A stretch of DNA of 36,621 bases, taken from contig NC_068989.1 in assembly GCF_001194135.2 (NCBI RefSeq), positions 34,317,390-34,354,010 on the forward strand, written 5' to 3'. The position numbers and the translations under genes were made by a program. Below, in pieces: positions 34,488-36,621 of the stretch. The notes under the pieces were generated by a model. That model was not told where the DNA came from and did not search any database. It saw nothing but the letters and a program-made list of their open reading frames with translations. This DNA comes from Octopus bimaculoides. Its lineage: Eukaryota. Every line of letters starts with the position of its first letter. The first letter of the stretch is position 1.

Positions 34488-35508
34488 CGAGGTCTGTACT
34501 GAAAATTATGCAAAAGGTGGGCATAACATTTTTAAAAACCAATATAGCCCCTTCAAATTGCACAAGTTGACATAATAATACTTCCTCTATGCAAAGATAC
34601 TACTCAACCTAATCTCCATCACAAGCGATGCATTTGTGTCATAGTTGAATCCAACTCCTGAATCCTCTTTGAAAAAATTGCACTGTTTTACCCACAACTT
34701 CATCTGTGTCTTCAAATCATTGTACTCTAAGACTGCTCTTCATTGTATCAAACAGGTGAAAGTCAGAAGGCGTCCAGATCCGGGCTGTATGGTAGAAGTG
34801 GGGAGTGCTGATTTGTTATCAAAGATTAATATGGTCGCCCATTGTCGTGGCAAATGTGAATTGTTTTTCAGATTCTTATTCGGGCTCTTCTTTGTAATGG
34901 CTTCTTTAAACCTTTTTAGTGTCTCACTGTTCATGGAACAACCATGTTACAGAAAATCAAGGGCGATGACACTTTTGTCATCTTCTAAAACAGTCATTAT
35001 AACTTACTGTGCTGATCACTGGCTCTTAAATGTCATAGGCCTTAAATAAGAGGTGTGACGCCAATCTGAGGACTAATCTTTCGCTTCCATATCTTAAGGA
35101 TACGCCCACATTTCAAACGCTGCTACCAGAACGGGAAAATTATGTCTTCGTTGGGTTTAAACGCTTCCCGTAGATTAGGGCAGACTTCCACCGTTCTCTT
35201 CTTCAAATTAAGTGTCAAGTACCGTGTTAACCCACTTTGCACACACTTTCCGATTACCGACGTCTTCCACCATCTATATTGCGTTGTGATCACAGTCCAA
35301 ACTCTCAGATTGTTGAGTTTGCTGTACGAATTAATTTTTTCACTTACTGGAGATTTGTGTTAATGGTCGCAAGAGTTGTTTCTCTTTTGCCCGTAAAGAA
35401 GGAAACACAGGAAGAGCTACTCTACCAACATATGTATTTCAAACGACTTGTCAATAAATAAAAAAAAAAGTTATACCTACTTTTGCACTGCTTTCAATAC
35501 AGTCCTAG
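34488..35508 (-). mobile_element. Mariner (Tc1/mariner) DNA transposon, internally deleted
   Basis: TA TSDs at 34486-87 and 35509-10; imperfect TIRs CGAGGTCTGTACTGAAA.. / ..TTTCAATACAGTCCTAG; minus-strand motifs KVCAKWV, HDN (34849-34841), YSPDL (34789-34775), DFHLF. Confidence 0.88.
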
Positions 35509-35579
35509 TAAGTGTGTGCATATAGTATGAGTATGTATGTATGTATGTATGTATGTATGATTATGTGGTAAGAAGCTAG

Positions 35580-35975
35580 TGTAGTGACGTCTTTAATAGC
35601 AGACGACATTTCCGGAAAGCTTATCCACGCATGCGCAGGAACTGGTTCCGGAGGGAATACAGGAAGAGTCTCATGCGCATGCGTGGTCATTCGACGTCCA
35701 AGTTTCGCGCGGTTTTTCATTCTCTTTCTCGCCGGCCGACGAAGAGCCAAGACGTTGTAGCAGTCTCTCTCCAACATTCCAACTCTGGAGCGAGACAAAT
35801 AACCACTCAACATCATTGATGGCGTCTCAGCAACCAAAGGGCGAAGTGCTGCCTATTTCCTCTGTAAATAAATATTGTTGTGTTGATAGTTCAGAATCTG
35901 CGTTCTGTTGTTTCTTCAAGAAATTTAATGTACAGAAGCGAGTATACACCTAATGGTGTATAACCACTTCCTACA
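35580..35975 (+). mobile_element. 5' LTR (396 bp, TGTAG...CTACA) of a tRNA-Trp-primed Gypsy element
   Basis: Inverted termini TGTAG/CTACA; internal AATAAA; AT then TGGTGACCCCGA at 35978-35989, a 12-nt match to tRNA-Trp. Confidence 0.8.
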
Positions 35976-36409
35976 ATTGGTGACCCCGAATAAAGAACAA
36001 CCGCAGCCGAGGATTCTGATCTACCGACCGACAATACTACACGAGCTGTCAACATGCTCGTCACAGATAGAGAATGCACACAATCACTCGCATCAGCTTA
36101 TTCCACAGCTGCAGGACTTTCTCTTGGTCATCACACGGTATTTCCCTACAATTGATGACCCCGAATAAAGAACAACTGCAGCCGGGGATTCTGAGCTACC
36201 GACCGACAATACTACACGAGCCGTCACCACTCAACATGCTCGTCACATATAGAGAATGCACACAATCACTCGCATCAGTTTATTCCACAGCTGCAGGATT
36301 TTCTCTTGGTCATCACATGGCACTTCCCTACAATTGATGACCCCGAATAAAGAACAACTGCAGCCGAAAATCTGAACTGCCGACCAATAATACTACAATT
36401 GGTACCCCG
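35971..36409 (+). repeat. Tandem array of LTR-end + PBS + leader units (periods 175, 182, 65 bp)
   Basis: CTACAATTG(G/A)T(G)ACCCCG starts at 35971, 36146, 36328 and 36393; units 1-3 share AATAAAGAACAA(C/CT)GCAGCCG. Confidence 0.92.
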
Positions 36410-36621
36410 AGCTAAAAGATCTACAGACCTCGTTTCAACAGCCATTGAATTCGTATGTTTCGCGACGTTCAACTTCAGGATTGCCTTTACATTCTCATCC
36501 ATCACAAGTGAAAAGCTAAGAAAATTTTTCTACGTTAAAGTTTTTCATTTTGTCAATGACTTCCAGAGCCTATAACCAAAGACTTCTTTACAGCTAAGAC
36601 CTTTGTGGTTTTTCACACAAA

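Noticed and set aside
34645-35049. 134-aa plus-strand ORF
   Set aside because: Antisense to the mariner transposase relic.
36410-36621. Start of gag after the PBS array (ITSEK..KFFYV-like)
   Set aside because: Only faint similarity, no ATG context, and the window ends.

Overview
AT-rich eukaryotic DNA from a gapped draft scaffold (8 N-runs). Its SINE/LINE families and (TA)n/(CA)n/(GA)n microsatellites look like Octopus to me; this is recognition from memory, not a database hit. The window is mostly transposable elements: a decayed near-complete Mag-type Ty3/Gypsy (26104-30700, minus; tRNA-Ser PBS), a cluster of CsRn1-type Ty3/Gypsy LTRs and gag-pro relics (tRNA-Trp PBS, CHCC gag, GGGAAAC -1 slip site), a CRE-like non-LTR RT relic, CR1-like LINE 3' ends, a Penelope-like tail, a mariner with TIRs, several tRNA-derived SINEs and several fold-back elements. 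One host exon is well supported: a first coding exon at 9520-9724 (minus) resembling polycystin-2/TRPP. The most unusual signal is repeated 'LTR terminus + tRNA-Trp PBS' junctions, present as tandem arrays or embedded inside LTR ends at several separate loci. In the youngest LTR family, the predicted RNA 5' end is also complementary to that PBS. No prokaryotic genes, CRISPR arrays, rRNA or true tRNA genes are supported, and most ORFs in the supplied track are microsatellite or antisense artefacts.
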